DNA from: Ascidiella aspersa
Taxonomy: Eukaryota
Length of the DNA: 64,000 nt
Direction: 5' to 3'
Assembly (NCBI GenBank): GCA_963924565.1
Contig: OZ004609.1
Location: forward strand, 11,098,001 to 11,162,000
Every line of letters starts with the position of its first letter. Position 1 is the first letter of the stretch. Shown here piece after piece: positions 45,301 through 57,620 of this stretch. A model generated the notes under the pieces. That model was not told where the DNA came from, ran no database searches, and worked only from the letters and a program-made list of their open reading frames with translations. A program made the translations under genes and the position numbers.

Positions 45301-47112
45301 ACGGCGCGGTGTCGAGAGAAGGGCAAACTAATCAAACACCGGCGATGAAATCCGATCTGATAACTTCGGTGGTCTTTTAGAAGCGCGTATCCAGGCGAAT
45401 GCATGCCCGTTCGCGGCGAACAGGGGGAAAACGGAAGAGAAACACGACTTTTGCGGCTGATGAAAGAGCTACAGTTGTGCGAGTCGACTGAGATCAGCGA
45501 TGTGTAAAGGCGGTCGGCTGCAAGGGTTGGGGTTTTCGGGCGCTTTATGACGAACAAACGAGGCGAAATTAAGTCGGAACGCCACCGGATTACCCGCATC
45601 GTAATGGCGGAACGGCAGGATGTTAAGTATCGCGAATAGTGACGTCAAGCGTGGACCTCCCGTGCGAGCGCCCGAAACAGTTCTCCCGCGATTAGGAATG
45701 GCACGTCGGGCGATTGAAAAATATCCAGCCGTGACACGTATAAAAGCTGCACTGTGAGAGCTCCTTTCAGAACGTGTTTCGCGAGCTATTTCAGTCGGTG
45801 ACGTCAAGGAAAAAAGTGCCCGAGGAATGTGTGCGCGCGCCGTTCCACAGAACCAACCAACTGCTGCTGGTAACTGGCGCGAGAAGCCTAGGCGGTTGGA
45901 CTAGATTCACGCGTAATTTTGAGGGATTTCGGATAAAAAAGGGTACAGGGGTTCACTTAAATAGCTACTTAGCGTCAACGAATGTCACTTTTCACAATAG
46001 CAAGCGCTCACCAGCAATTCTTCCTGCTTAACGGAGTGATCGGTGTAAATTACCAGCTTTTCAGTCGTCAGCGGGAGGGTTTCCTTTACCTAAAAACAAC
46101 AACAGGGTCTTCTATTTACATTCATGTAATGTTGGTTGCATTTAAACGTACATTTGCTCCGGCAGAAAAAACACACATAAAAATAATTAATCATAAATTA
46201 CCTTTGAGGCGACAAGCATACAGGCGGAGCCTAACGATTGCAACTGGGTCCTTCTGATTGGTTGCACGCTGAGGAAGCGATCGAGGTAGTTCATCGACAA
46301 AGGAAAAACATCTTCTTCGCAACGCTGCTCTTCGCAAACCTGAGAGAATAAAAAGTTACACGCTGAAGGTTACGGCGAACTGAACAAGACAGATAGACAG
46401 AGAGTGCAGCGCCACCGCGTGACGGAAACACAGAGCACGTGTTTGGGCGACACACTGTCTGCAAGTTTTCGATCAAAACCACTAGATGTGGTTGTTATAT
46501 TCAAAAGTCGTATTTTAATGAAAAGTTTATGGGATGCTGCTCTCCGCGTAAAGGCCGTTTATTTAACCATCTACGCATTACAAATAAAAGCTACTAAAAA
46601 ATGGTTTAAATGCATTTTTAATTATATTAAACTTGGAAGCCGTTGTTGTATTTCGCTTATCCACTGCACTTCGAGATAACTTGCGAAACAAACCGCCGCT
46701 TAATCAGATATTTTAGATGCCAGAGCAGTGTGCAGCAGACCACAAACCGGAAACTTGGGCCAGTTACTTATTAACTGGAGCATGAGATTAATGGGACTGT
46801 CAGCTAAGCGGGGTGCTGCCAACGCTCGTCTTGTATGTGTTCTGCAAACGGAGACCAGTTTACTTTTAAACAGTTAATTTAGGAGAGATTTACGGTCCGT
46901 GGGCATACCTGCATCATCCAAGTTGCCACGATCTTTCGCATGTATGGTAGTACGTCTTCTTGCACGCAATCGAAGTACGTGGTTGCAACCAAATACCTTT
47001 CCTCGAGTTTGAGTAGATTTCCCAAGACACGGCGGTCTTCTAAAAGGGCCGGGTCTTTGCGTGCGCGAATTACGCGCTCGCCAACGCAAGTCTCTGGGCA
47101 CCCTAGGCTCAT
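27104..47112 (-). CDS. CCND: G1/S-specific cyclin D, 6 coding exons, ~318 aa
   Basis: Exons (minus): 47112-46909, 46339-46202, 46089-46012, 43968-43806, 38026-37881, 27331-27104. LxCxE (LGCPE), [47 protein letters not shown]-terminal TPTDV degron. Confidence 0.95.
29130..29422. mobile_element. hAT MITE
   Basis: Imperfect TIR C.GGG..TTCTTAAAC; perfect TSD CTTTAAAA. Confidence 0.85.
31606..33636. promoter_or_regulatory. cluster of three CGTGGGAA Su(H)/RBPJ sites in cyclin D intron 5
   Basis: TTCCCACG at 31606, 32406 and 33629. Confidence 0.45.
32834..33131. mobile_element. degenerate hAT MITE
   Basis: CAGTGATTCTCAAC ... GTTTAGAACCACTG; shares internal sequence with 38081-38382; TSD decayed. 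Confidence 0.6.
37881..38026 (-). CDS. CCND: cyclin D exon 5
   Basis: [24 protein letters not shown]...VIHVDS. Confidence 0.93.
38081..38382. mobile_element. hAT MITE
   Basis: CAGTG...CAAC / GTTGAGAATCACTG; TSD CACTAAAC/CACTAAAT. Confidence 0.8.
40500..40890. repeat. tandem repeat, four ~95-115 bp units
   Basis: CCACCTTTG...ACGCGCGCA...GCAATTTGCG.TGCTCCA units starting at 40508, 40622, 40717, 40817. Confidence 0.85.
43806..43968 (-). CDS. CCND: cyclin D exon 4
   Basis: [27 protein letters not shown]...[13 protein letters not shown]. Confidence 0.95.
44714..45024. promoter_or_regulatory. TCF/LEF motif cluster in cyclin D intron 3
   Basis: AGATCAAAGGG 44714; CTTTGAA 44898; CTTTGTT 44908; CTTTGAA 45018. 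Confidence 0.4.
46012..46089 (-). CDS. CCND: cyclin D exon 3
   Basis: [26 protein letters not shown]. Confidence 0.95.
46202..46339 (-). CDS. CCND: cyclin D exon 2
   Basis: [24 protein letters not shown]...[11 protein letters not shown]. Confidence 0.95.
46909..47112 (-). CDS. CCND: cyclin D exon 1
   Basis: MSLGCPE...[18 protein letters not shown]...[13 protein letters not shown]; CAG|GTATGC. Confidence 0.95.
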
Positions 47113-48591
47113 GTTGCTTCTTGTTCAGTGAAAAGGGTTACAGTAGGTTGCCTTCTTGCCAAACTGCGGAATTCCTGGTGATCGGACGAGAAAACTTGCT
47201 AATGAACTGCTTCCTGGTGTAATTTGCGTAAGACGGGTTGCCCAACTTTATAATAACTTACGCGCTGCCATCACTCCCACTCGCTATTGGCGCTGGGAAA
47301 GACCAAACACAAGACAGACCGACTCCTGTCTGATTCCAAACTTGCTTGTAAATGTGTTTGACAAGGTTTGCTATGATGTCATAATCTTGATAAGAACTGG
47401 TGAAGAATGAAAGCGATGCCGATTATTATTAGTTTAGTATACAGTAGGTTTACCGGCAATCACCTGAATAAAACAAAACCACATTTTGAAACAACTCTTC
47501 TTGCGAAGTACAATTTACCAAACAAAAAATAGGTATAAAAACAAAATACATAAAGTTATGCCATGCGAAGGGAAGAAATTGGTTTCTTCAGAAAAAAGCA
47601 GACTTTTTCTCTACCACGTGGCTGTCTACAACAAAGAAATTTGCTCGTGGCACCAAAGCACCGCTATACTAGAACGGTTTAAACAATTTATGTGGAAATT
47701 TACACTTAAACATTTCCTAACTAAACTATCGACAACATAATAATAAATCTGAATAGCCTAGTACGTGTCGCGACGCATGTCAATACCGATATGTATTGTA
47801 TGTCGCGCACTAATATCGCTCAAAAGCGATATAAAATATATAGCGAAACACCAAAGTATAGGTTAAGCGACTGCTGCTGATTAAGTAAAGTGACCAGAAG
47901 AACTAAACAAACCAAAAGACTAATGACCATTTAATTGTAATTGGCTGGCAAAGGATTAACAGGTAAACTTGTTTGACTGCGTGTAGCTCCAGGCTTGCGT
48001 TTTTCACTTCGCGTTCCATTCAACGTAATCTGACTGTGCAAACAACGGGACCCTTACCTTGCAGTTACCAACTCGATCAGCATTTGCTCATAATTGTGTA
48101 GAAATAATATTGCCTATTTTGTAGAATTGCGACAATGGAAAAGAAAAACGATTTTCTTCTTGACCTAAATAAACGTTTCAACTAAGAAATAAACAAAATG
48201 TTCTATAATTTTTACGAATCACAACAAAACATCTTATCTAGTACTCCGTATGTTGAACTGTATATCTTTAAATGCTCAATTCAAACGCTTATTAGCTGTT
48301 TAATTTCGAATTTTTTAAGCCGCCGATATTGTCTTTTACACCGCAGAATCTCCAATAGACTGTGGGCCATCGACCAACAGCGAGAAGGCTTGACTGCGAT
48401 CAGCTGATTTGTCCTTTTTCTTTTCCATCGCACATCGTCACGTTCTCTCGTTTTTCTCAGCCCAACCACAAGCATTTGTAATATCATGATTTTTCTGAAT
48501 GGATGCCAACAATTACTAGTTGGTATCCATAGATAAATCAATACAGCACAGAATTTTCATCGGCCGTTGAAATAACAAAGTTTCCAAAGAT

Positions 48592-48622
48592 ACACACATA
48601 CCAACACACACACACACACACA
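48592..48622. repeat. (CA)n microsatellite
   Basis: Interrupted AC run. Confidence 0.8.
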
Positions 48623-49067
48623 CCGACATGGTTTTGCACCCACAAATCAACCCACATTTTTTAAGCAAATCAGCTATTTTGTTACACAAATGCTTAATGT
48701 CACGCGAATACTAAATTTCTGCTTAACGCTATTAGCGAACAAAAAAAAACAAATAACAGAATAACACAAAGGATACTAAGGTAGGAATTTAGTTAGGTCA
48801 GTCTATTTTGTATTGTTTCTACAAATTGTCAATTTTTTAAAGCTATCTTGCTCGATTATAAATTACATAAATCGGAATATGTAAACTCATACACTCAGCT
48901 ACCAAAATAAATCAAATTGTGATCAAAAAGTTAAACTATAGAAGGATCGCTTCGTTAGACATTAAACCAGTTACAACCAACGTGAGGCAAATGCGCCACC
49001 ATTAGGCCATGCGCAACTTTGATTTGCAGTATTACAACAAAGGTGGTTTGTGTTTATTACACTAAGC

Positions 49068-49562
49068 CAGTGGTTCTCAACCTGTGGTACGCGTACCACT
49101 AGTGGTACGCGAAGTCATTTTTGGTGGTACGCCATACGCTGTATGTTTTTAAGCAAAATTACAGTTTTATCAAAAGGTTAAGCATTTATTTTATTGTAAT
49201 AAGCTATACATTCATCATAATGATTGTATAGTTAAATATTTTATGCTTCTTTAACGATAGGAACTATTATCTTTCTGGAACATCTATGCAAATTTATTTT
49301 ATGACATCATAGCAAAAGAACAAAGAATCGCAAAACTTGACCAGTATCTTGCAAGTTAAAAAAGGGAAACTTTTTTGAGAGTAGAGGGCCGCATTTGTTT
49401 TCAAATTTCCGGCCTAACTATAATTAGCTAATCCACTCCTTTTAATAATCCTATATAGCCTACATTTTGAGTAAAGTTGATTTTTTCGACAATTTGTTGG
49501 TACGCAACAAGATCATAGAAGCTTGAGGTGGTACGCAGTGAAAAAAAGGTTGAGAACCACTG
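49068..49562. mobile_element. hAT MITE upstream of cyclin D
   Basis: Perfect TIR CAGTGGTTCTCAACCT; perfect TSD CACTAAGC; subterminal GTGGTACGC repeats. Confidence 0.92.
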
Positions 49563-52500
49563 CACTAAGCCTTCATGCAAATTTGCTATACTACTGTCTT
49601 TCAGTATTCTATAGTACGGTTTCAAACCATATTTATTTACCGTTATTGTTTTAATACTGCTCTATTATCAGGCGCCACGTCTTTGAAGGTTGTTTGAAGA
49701 CCGAATTAATGACCTTTAAAGCTTCCTTTGTGTGATTTGCAGTAAAATTGTAATTATGTAGGAATTTCATTTTACTGAGGGCATCAGATGTAGCGTAATA
49801 AAAGTGGTGTATGGCAGAAAATTTGATTGGAATCTTTGCAGGACTTAGGTTGGTATGTGGACAATTTAGGCAGAATACCATCGTTGGTGAGCAATATGTA
49901 GTTTATTATTATCAATATTCTTCTTACGTGAAATAAATTCAAATAAAACAAACGGGAATTCAATTAACTTGACCAGCATAACGTGTTTAATACTATCGTT
50001 TGCTATATTTTTTCGCAAATCGAAAAAGAAAACACTGGCTGCAGGTTTTCTACTGACAAACTCATATAGAGCCACCATGATTTTTATTTTCTAAGGGTTT
50101 TATTTTCTTAGGTAGGCCTACGTCAGGAAACGATGTTTCAACCCGGACCGGAATGCTAAATATAACAATAACTGAACGCGGGGCCGCCAGAACGGCGACA
50201 GTATATTCAGGCGTCATCATGCTTGTTGCCAAGTTAAGGGAACAAGGCTGTATCACGTGAGACAAATAGTTTGTCTATCTCGAGCAAACACAACTTCGCC
50301 GTCGCAACAACTGTTAAGGTGGCTCACCTTTTGCGAAGGCCTTTTTGGCGGTTGTTACCTCTACAGGTTGCTGATGCTGCTGCTGCTGCTACAAGGTGCA
50401 TATCTGCCAAAGGGCCGGTGCCGATGTCTTGGTGGGTTTCCGCGCTGTACGAATCGGCGAGGCAATTGTGGAAAGCGCCGGACAATCGTCGGTGAATACA
50501 TTTTCAGTACGTCAGCGCGTTCCCAAAATAACGCGGGCCGAGTGCCCGGGAGCGTGGATTGCAATGTGGCGAACCGACAAAGACAGTTTGTTCCCTGTTT
50601 TCTGTTTACACCCTAGTCTCACCCGTTTAGAACATAGCCAAAATCAACATGCCGCAAGTTTTAAAGTTAAACCCGCTGCATTTTTATGAACGTAAATTCA
50701 GTATTAAGTTCCAAAGCATGGTAGGAAACTCATGTTTTGAAAAACTTGTGGACCTATTTGAATTATTTAAAGTTAATCAGAGCGATTAAACAGTTAAGTT
50801 AGGTAGGCTATTTATACCGTTAGCGATGCCGTTTAACAGCTTACAAAATTGAAAATAATTCTGTTAAAAGAAAAAGAATAAAGTATGTGTATTTCAACCT
50901 AGTTTAAATATGCTTTTTTTACCAAAACACACCATTTATCAAATTTAAGGTGGCGCATAAAAGTCAAATAGTCGTATATAATTTTCATAACTTGAAAACG
51001 GCATCCTGTTTTAGTTCACATTTTAATGTTTAGTTGGGTGGATGTGATTTTTCCTATCCTCATTGCAATCAATCACGTCAAGTGTTCCGCCACACCATAG
51101 TTTCGAGTTTTTCCTACTTCCATGTCTGCATGTTTAATAGCAAGCATGTCCTATAGGCCTATTGCACGATTTGGGATGTTAAAACAACACATATATCTAC
51201 CGTAGTTTTACCAAAATATTTTCCAGTGCGACCAATGTCGTATCAATAGTATGGCATTTTATGCCAATTTGGTCCAAGTTCTTTGAAAACATTGGCTAAA
51301 CCAGATGTTGTTTGCCAACAAAAACAAAGCGCAGAGCCACACATTTCCCAGCCGAATTGCGCGGAAACGAAGAGGCAAGAGAAGCTTCTGGGCTGACAGG
51401 CGGCGAGCGAATCGGCCAGCGTTCACCGGCCGGCAATTGCAATCCTGTTCTGGAGTTGCAAAGGTCAGGCTCCCAATTTCTGAATGAAAACTTCGTGTGA
51501 ATTACATCAAGCTTCGCAGCCCGCGCCGCCCAACCGGGATTTGTGAATGGGAAAAGCGGCCGCGAGCACTCGGTGCTGTTTCCCTTGTTTGGGCGTCGGC
51601 GTTTCCTTTTGCAGCGAGGCCGCGCGCCCTTGCCGTGAACTTGGAACGTTGATTTGAGTGCTTCTAGCGACAGCATGTCGAGGAAACGTGGAACTGTTGC
51701 CGAATTGTTGCTGGATTCGGTGGTAACGCGTGTAGACTATACACGCAGTACAATGAATCGGTTATACATCTAAGTTCATTTACTACTTGTGCGCGGATGA
51801 TTTATTCTTGTTGGCGTATGGCGCGATGTATTGGCTTACCAACTAATCACAAGCGTATTTTCGTACAAACTGTTTGGCAAAACTTTGCAGGAAGTAGACA
51901 AACTTTTGCAGGAATCTTCCCCGTCTAACTTTACACCCGGGGTCGTCGGTGTTCATAAGAGGGCATGGACCTTTAGCTGCACGCCACCCCCACGCGGATG
52001 CCCGCCTTCCAGATTTGTGAATGACCCGCGAGGACGCGTTATTTACGGGCAAATGTCAGCAGGAAACCTTCGACGAATGGGCGGAGGGAAGGATGGACCA
52101 GTGAATAGATGATGACGACACGCTTCGGTATGCCGACTGCAAAACGAGCTTTTCGGGCAGAATGCAGAGCACAACCCAACAAAGGCGTTGCACAAAAGCG
52201 TCACTTTGCATTGCTCGAAAGCAAACCGTTTTGTTTAAATTTGAAACATGATTTTGTGTGTAGCTAATCGCAGGACGTATTTCGGTGATAAATGACAAAA
52301 AATCTACAAGCACGCTGCTGTTCGCAGTGATGTCATGCTAAATCAGCGGCCAAAGCACTTGCTCAAGCTGGTGAATTTTACACAACAACAGTGTTAACGA
52401 TTTACCTTTTTTTTGAAACGATTTACCTTTTTTTTGGACAAACACCTTGATTTGGGTGATTTTAGGCCACGTTGAGAAATAAGTGTTTTAATGTAATACA

Positions 52501-52904
52501 TTTTGGGTTAAAATTCAGTTATTTACTACTTTTTTTAGCGTATTATAACAGTTTAGTTGTTATGGTTTTGTTTGTTTGTAATATGATAAAATGCTTAAAT
52601 GAAATAAGATTAGGCTAACTATTTTATTGTTTCACAACATTTATTAGTAATTCTAATGGCTAATTGACTTTGAATTGACTGCATGAGGGCGTGAGGGGCC
52701 TTGTTATTTCTTAAAATTAAATTAAGTTTTTTTGCGATTTCACTCGACTGGTATATCTAATCAACACAACTTGTTTAACACTCTCCAAAACGCCGTGATT
52801 TTGAGCGAATCATCTGAAAAACTTGGGCTGAGATTGTTAAAGAAGATAAGGAGAACGTGTGGTCAGTCGCGGTCAAGTCAAATCTCTGCACAAAATCGTA
52901 TATC

Positions 52905-53372
52905 CAGGGGTGGCCAACCTGCGGCTCTTCACCCAGTTATAAGCGGCTCTTACGTTCATGTTGTATTTATAATTTGTTTTCGATTTCCTTTGGTTAAGTT
53001 ATGGATTATTGTCGGCTTCGATTTCGAATCAGACTGTTTGTCGAAGGCCATTGTATTTTCAGTTTTAAAACAAGATAAAACAGTTTTAAAGCAAGATAAA
53101 CGCAAAAAATATGCCCAAATAATATTGATATACGACAATATATCTAAATGTGTATTTTTTCATTCAACGCGTCGCGTTCATTCTAAATTAAAATTTTGTC
53201 TATTTAACGAAATAAATGCACTTTTTTTAGCGCTTCGCGCGATCGCTTTGTGGGGTTCGTAAAAATGGAGTGATAGGCCATTCATTCCGTTCCATGTGTG
53301 TATGGTTTGGCTCTTTACGGTTAACCAAGTAACAAATGCGGCTCTTGGTATTTCATTGGTTGGCCACCCCTG
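52905..53372. mobile_element. hAT MITE
   Basis: TIR CAGGGGTGGCCAACC at both ends; subterminal GCGGCTC; TSD decayed. Confidence 0.8.
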
Positions 53373-53811
53373 ATATACCAATTGAGCCTAGCTTGCCTCC
53401 GAGAAACAAGAACTACAACGTCAAAACATACATGAACCATTATTTAAACATGTATGCTGTGAACCCGATTGTCCATTAAGTCACTTGTTCGCTACGCCAA
53501 TTAACTATGTTTTTTAGCAGGGGTGGATCAATTAAATTTTGTTAGGGTGGGGGTATAAAGTTACGTCATAACGCGACCTCCTAAATCGAGTAATTTTATT
53601 AAGCCTTTTGTTCTCGAGTGATTGGGCTTATAAAATAGTTTAACACATTGTTCTATCTAATAGAATTTATCAATGTTGCACTGAATATGTGAATAATGGA
53701 AATCACCTTGACCCTTGCAAGATAAATGTCGACCTTAATTCCTGATCCGTAACAGCAAACTACTTTAGCAAAGCTAGCAATTCAGGTCAGACACAATAAA
53801 CAGATCTTAAA

Positions 53812-53855
53812 AGATATATATATATTTCGCCAACCAAGGCATCGTCAGTATATCT
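53812..53855 (-). ncRNA. minimal type I hammerhead ribozyme motif
   Basis: AGAUAUA-CUGACGA-U-GCC-uugguu-GGC-GAAA-UAUA-UA-UAUAUCU: 7 bp stem I, full core, palindromic minimal helix III. Confidence 0.7.
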
Positions 53856-54095
53856 GAATAAAAACAAACGCAACAGTAATAAGTCAGAAACATTAATAAT
53901 TGAATAAAACAAAGTGAAATAACTAAAATATAAAACACTTTTAAATTGCACGTGCTTATTGTTTCTGTTCAGGGTTTGCACACATTGGCTGTCACTACAA
54001 ATTCATAGTTTTTTATATTTTAGTTATTTTACTTTGTTTAATTTAATTATTAATGTTTCTGACTTATTCGTATACTGTTGCGTTTGTTTTAATTC

Positions 54096-54137
54096 ATATA
54101 TACTGACGATGCCTTGATTGGCGAAATATATATATCT
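54096..54137 (+). ncRNA. minimal hammerhead ribozyme motif (weaker stem I)
   Basis: AUA-CUGACGA-U-GCC-uugauu-GGC-GAAA-UAUA-UA-UAU. Confidence 0.6.
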
Positions 54138-57100
54138 TTTAAGATCTGTTTATTGTGTCTGACCTGAATTGCTAGCTTTGCTAGAGTATTTTGCTGTGTA
54201 GAATTTATCAAGTTAATTTTTGCCAGTAAAGTGTGAGGGCAATGACTTCAAAGCTGCTTTATTAAATATAAACGGGGAAAAAAGATTGCGCGAAGGACAT
54301 AAATCAAACAATACGTTTATTTTTTTGTGATAAAAGTTTTAGAGATGTTATTCACGATACAATATACATATATGAAAACTTTATAAATTCGTGCAAACGA
54401 AAATAAATTAGTTGACTAAATTATATTGGCAGAAATTACATTTTATAGAAAGTCGCCACAAATAATTTGCGTTAATTAAAAAAAGAAAATACTTCCCTAA
54501 AGCGGACTGATTTTTATCGTTTATCTAATTTAGGTTGACAGAAATTGTTATTTGAATAGCGCTCGTTATATTTTCGATGTTTTGTTTCAAACCTACAGGT
54601 GGAAACATATCACCAACGTTGAAAATATTTCACAAAATTGGCCAAGCACGATTTTTTTGCATTTACAATTTTTACATAGTTGAAGTTGACAAACATATAA
54701 TTTGAGGTGGGGTTTAATAGTCTGTTATTGTATCCTATACCCTGGTCTAGCTGTGTTCACGAAGCCTACAGTTGGTATATATAATAAAAAACAAAGTTTA
54801 ACCCCGATTTTGCTTTTCTCATTTTTTACCGTTTTAGGCCTTGGTAATCCCATATCAGGAGCCTGAGAGAAATTCGATTGTTGCTTTACTCATCAATTCA
54901 GATAACCTTTGGCGCCCTTAACCGCAATTAACTAATTGAGAAATGTTCTGTGTTCAAGTCCGCTGACTCCAGACTAAAGCATCATGGGAGGAGGTGTTTT
55001 GTTAATTACTGAAAAGCGTTTGTTAATCTTACATTGATTGTTTAATTGTTAGAAAATTCTTTGGGTAAAGTTTTTTTAGAAAAATATTTTACATAATAAG
55101 TTATGAATAAAACAAACACCCACTGCTTTCTCCGAAGCTGACAATTTATAGATATTAAACATCTAGTCAAGATTGTTCACGTACAACATTAGCAAAAAAT
55201 AGTTTCCCACTGGCCCATAGACCATGTGTGGCATATTTATGGATTCGTATTTTTTATCTGGGAATTTAGATTTTTAAACATGGATAGGGCATCCCTTCAA
55301 GCAAAGCAGGGCATGGTAATTATCGCTCGGTAATAATACATAACTAAAGAAAACCAGACACAATATATCGGCGTGTTTTAATTAATGGTTAATTCGCCGA
55401 GAGGTAATGGCTAATGACTCAACTGTGAATACGAAGTAGTCATTGCTAGAAACGTTCTTAAATTTCTCCGTCGGAAACATTTCTAATTTTTTTTTACGAT
55501 GTGTCAATGTCCCAGTGCTGCAGGAAAGAGTTAAGGTCAAACTTTGTGCAGCAAATTTAATGTAAGATGATTTTCAAACCACATACCTATAATCATATCG
55601 TGGTTCAATTGAATACAAACAGTTTGATGTTAGGGCTGCCATATTTTCAGCACCCAAAAAAAACATTTTTTGCCTGCAAGTAGAATTGTTACATATAACG
55701 GAGTGTTGCTCTTCCAGCAGTATATATAATAGATCGACCTTTCGACGGGCTATACAGCACGTCTTTGTCTAGAATTGTTACGTTTAAGACAAACGTGCCG
55801 TATCCACAAGTATTGCATTCAGCTTCAACATTAATACGTCCTTTTCTGAAACATGGACACTTCTGGTGTAGCTCATCAGTAAACAGAGTTCCCTCTTCGG
55901 CTTTATAATTTATAGCTTATTTTGTTTTATGGTTATCTAAATTTAAAGAATAATAAAGAAAAATGAAAGCATCTGTTGAGAACCACCTGTATGCGATAGA
56001 GCAGTGGTTCTTAACCTTTGTTCAGCCGCGCCCCTTTGGTAAGTTTCTTGCGCCCCCCACGAAACGCCTTGGGCCTCCCACGAAACGCAATTCAGCATTT
56101 TCAATAAATTATCACTGAGACAACAAGAAGTAGTGAGATTCTTTGTCGGTCACGCGCGGGAAAAAAATTGAGTTCAATTGGTTGAATTAGCGCTAAACTG
56201 TAAATTCAGGAGGCTTTTCTCATTGAGCACACAACAAATTGCTTGTGCACGAGCTGATTTTGACAAACGTGAAAAATACTTTTATCCTATATTTATAATT
56301 TTTTATAAAAAAAATAATTTTATAAAATTATCAAATGTCGTTGTGATAGGCTGTAGTCATACGAAAGGTGGAGAAAACCACTTTTGAAAAGCGCGACGAA
56401 AATATTGTTTACCTACCGGTATAGTTAAAAGTGGCAAAATGTTTATAGTTTAAAAATATGTCCCATTTAAGATTTGCAGTTTAAAGAACGAGTGTTTAAC
56501 ATATATTGAAACGACGACCCTCGAGTATATCGTGAATAAACGCAATTATATCGTTTAATTTGCCAAAACTTTCATTTATGAATTTTCGTAGTTAAAGTAC
56601 GGTAGGTCAAAATTAGTATTTGACTGTCTTTATTTTTCTTACAGCCGCCAGTGGATATTTTTAAAGATGACGTCAGAAAGTTAAGTCATAACGTGACGCC
56701 CTCAAACAACTATCTTAGGAAAACATACTCTAGCGAGCTCGTGCGAAAATGTGCAACTGAATCCAGGCTAATCGCGCAAAGCGGGAAAAAATGCGTTTAT
56801 TGTGTTTAAATTGGCAAACCTTTAATTTAAAACAAAATGGGCTTAGGTACATAAAACGAATCGCATATTTGCTAAAAATACCTTCACATGTCCTAAATTA
56901 ACAGAAATTGCACTTACAGATTTGGTTATTTTAGCGGCGCAACATTCTATAATATACAGGGCGCCCTGGATATGAGCGGATTTATTTAAAATGGATAAAA
57001 CATAAGAATTAAGGCAGATAGAAGTTCGCGTGAAGCGCAATAAAATGGTAGGCATATTAGGCCTACTTGATTAGGCGAAGTTGGCAAAAAATATAGTGTT

Positions 57101-57620
57101 TGGGGTGCATGGCCAGGTGCTCTCCTGGGTTCACCCTTGCTCACATAATGCTGTTTACCAATTTGATGACCAGCAATGGTAGACAAGTGTCTGCATGGCC
57201 TGTAACAAAAAAACCCTGCCTAATTTTGGACGAGTTTCAAAATTCCTTTTTTACCATTAAATAAACACAAGTTTGTATCAACATACGGCCGCCAACACAT
57301 AGTGTAAGACACGTGTGGCCGCAGGTTGTGCACCCCTAATGTAACGCAACTTATATTCTTTCCGAAACGAAACAGTTTTGAAAATAAATTTAGTCGAATC
57401 GGAGCTGACCCGAAAAAGCGGTTTGACTTCCTAGGTCCTATATTTATTCATTTAGGTACTCACTGTTGATTCACAGCGCATGACTGTGCTATGACGAATT
57501 TTTGAGAAATTTTATGTGTGATATTTTTTTTATATTCCTTTTCTGAATCTCTAACTATAAACAAACCAGTTCCCTTTTCTTTCTTTCTTTTCTTCCATTC
57601 TGAGTGCCATCACTGTATTG

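Larger units (their letters stand above)
53752..54197. repeat. long palindrome (two ~185 bp inverted arms, ~70 bp spacer), Penelope-like terminal repeat pair
   Basis: Arms ~53752-53936 and ~54010-54197 are near reverse complements; each carries a hammerhead motif. Confidence 0.85.

Noticed and set aside
45480-45545. [14 protein letters not shown] resembling cyclin D ETIPLTAEKLCIYTD (possible alternative exon)
   Set aside because: Similarity is weak, splice sites are not convincing, and the true exon is at 46089-46012
31300-45830. General enrichment of TEAD GGAATG/CATTCC motifs
   Set aside because: About 10 seen in 15 kb versus about 7 expected by chance; only local pairings were reported
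24369-46000. Dozens of 60-270 aa ORFs on both strands in the cyclin D introns and UTR (e.g. 42634-43455, 30810-31313)
   Set aside because: Arg/Ala-rich, overlapping in several frames, mostly non-ATG starts and no recognisable domains; expected from high GC content
56002-56100. hAT left end CAGTGGTTCTTAACC
   Set aside because: No matching right TIR or TSD found, so boundaries cannot be supported
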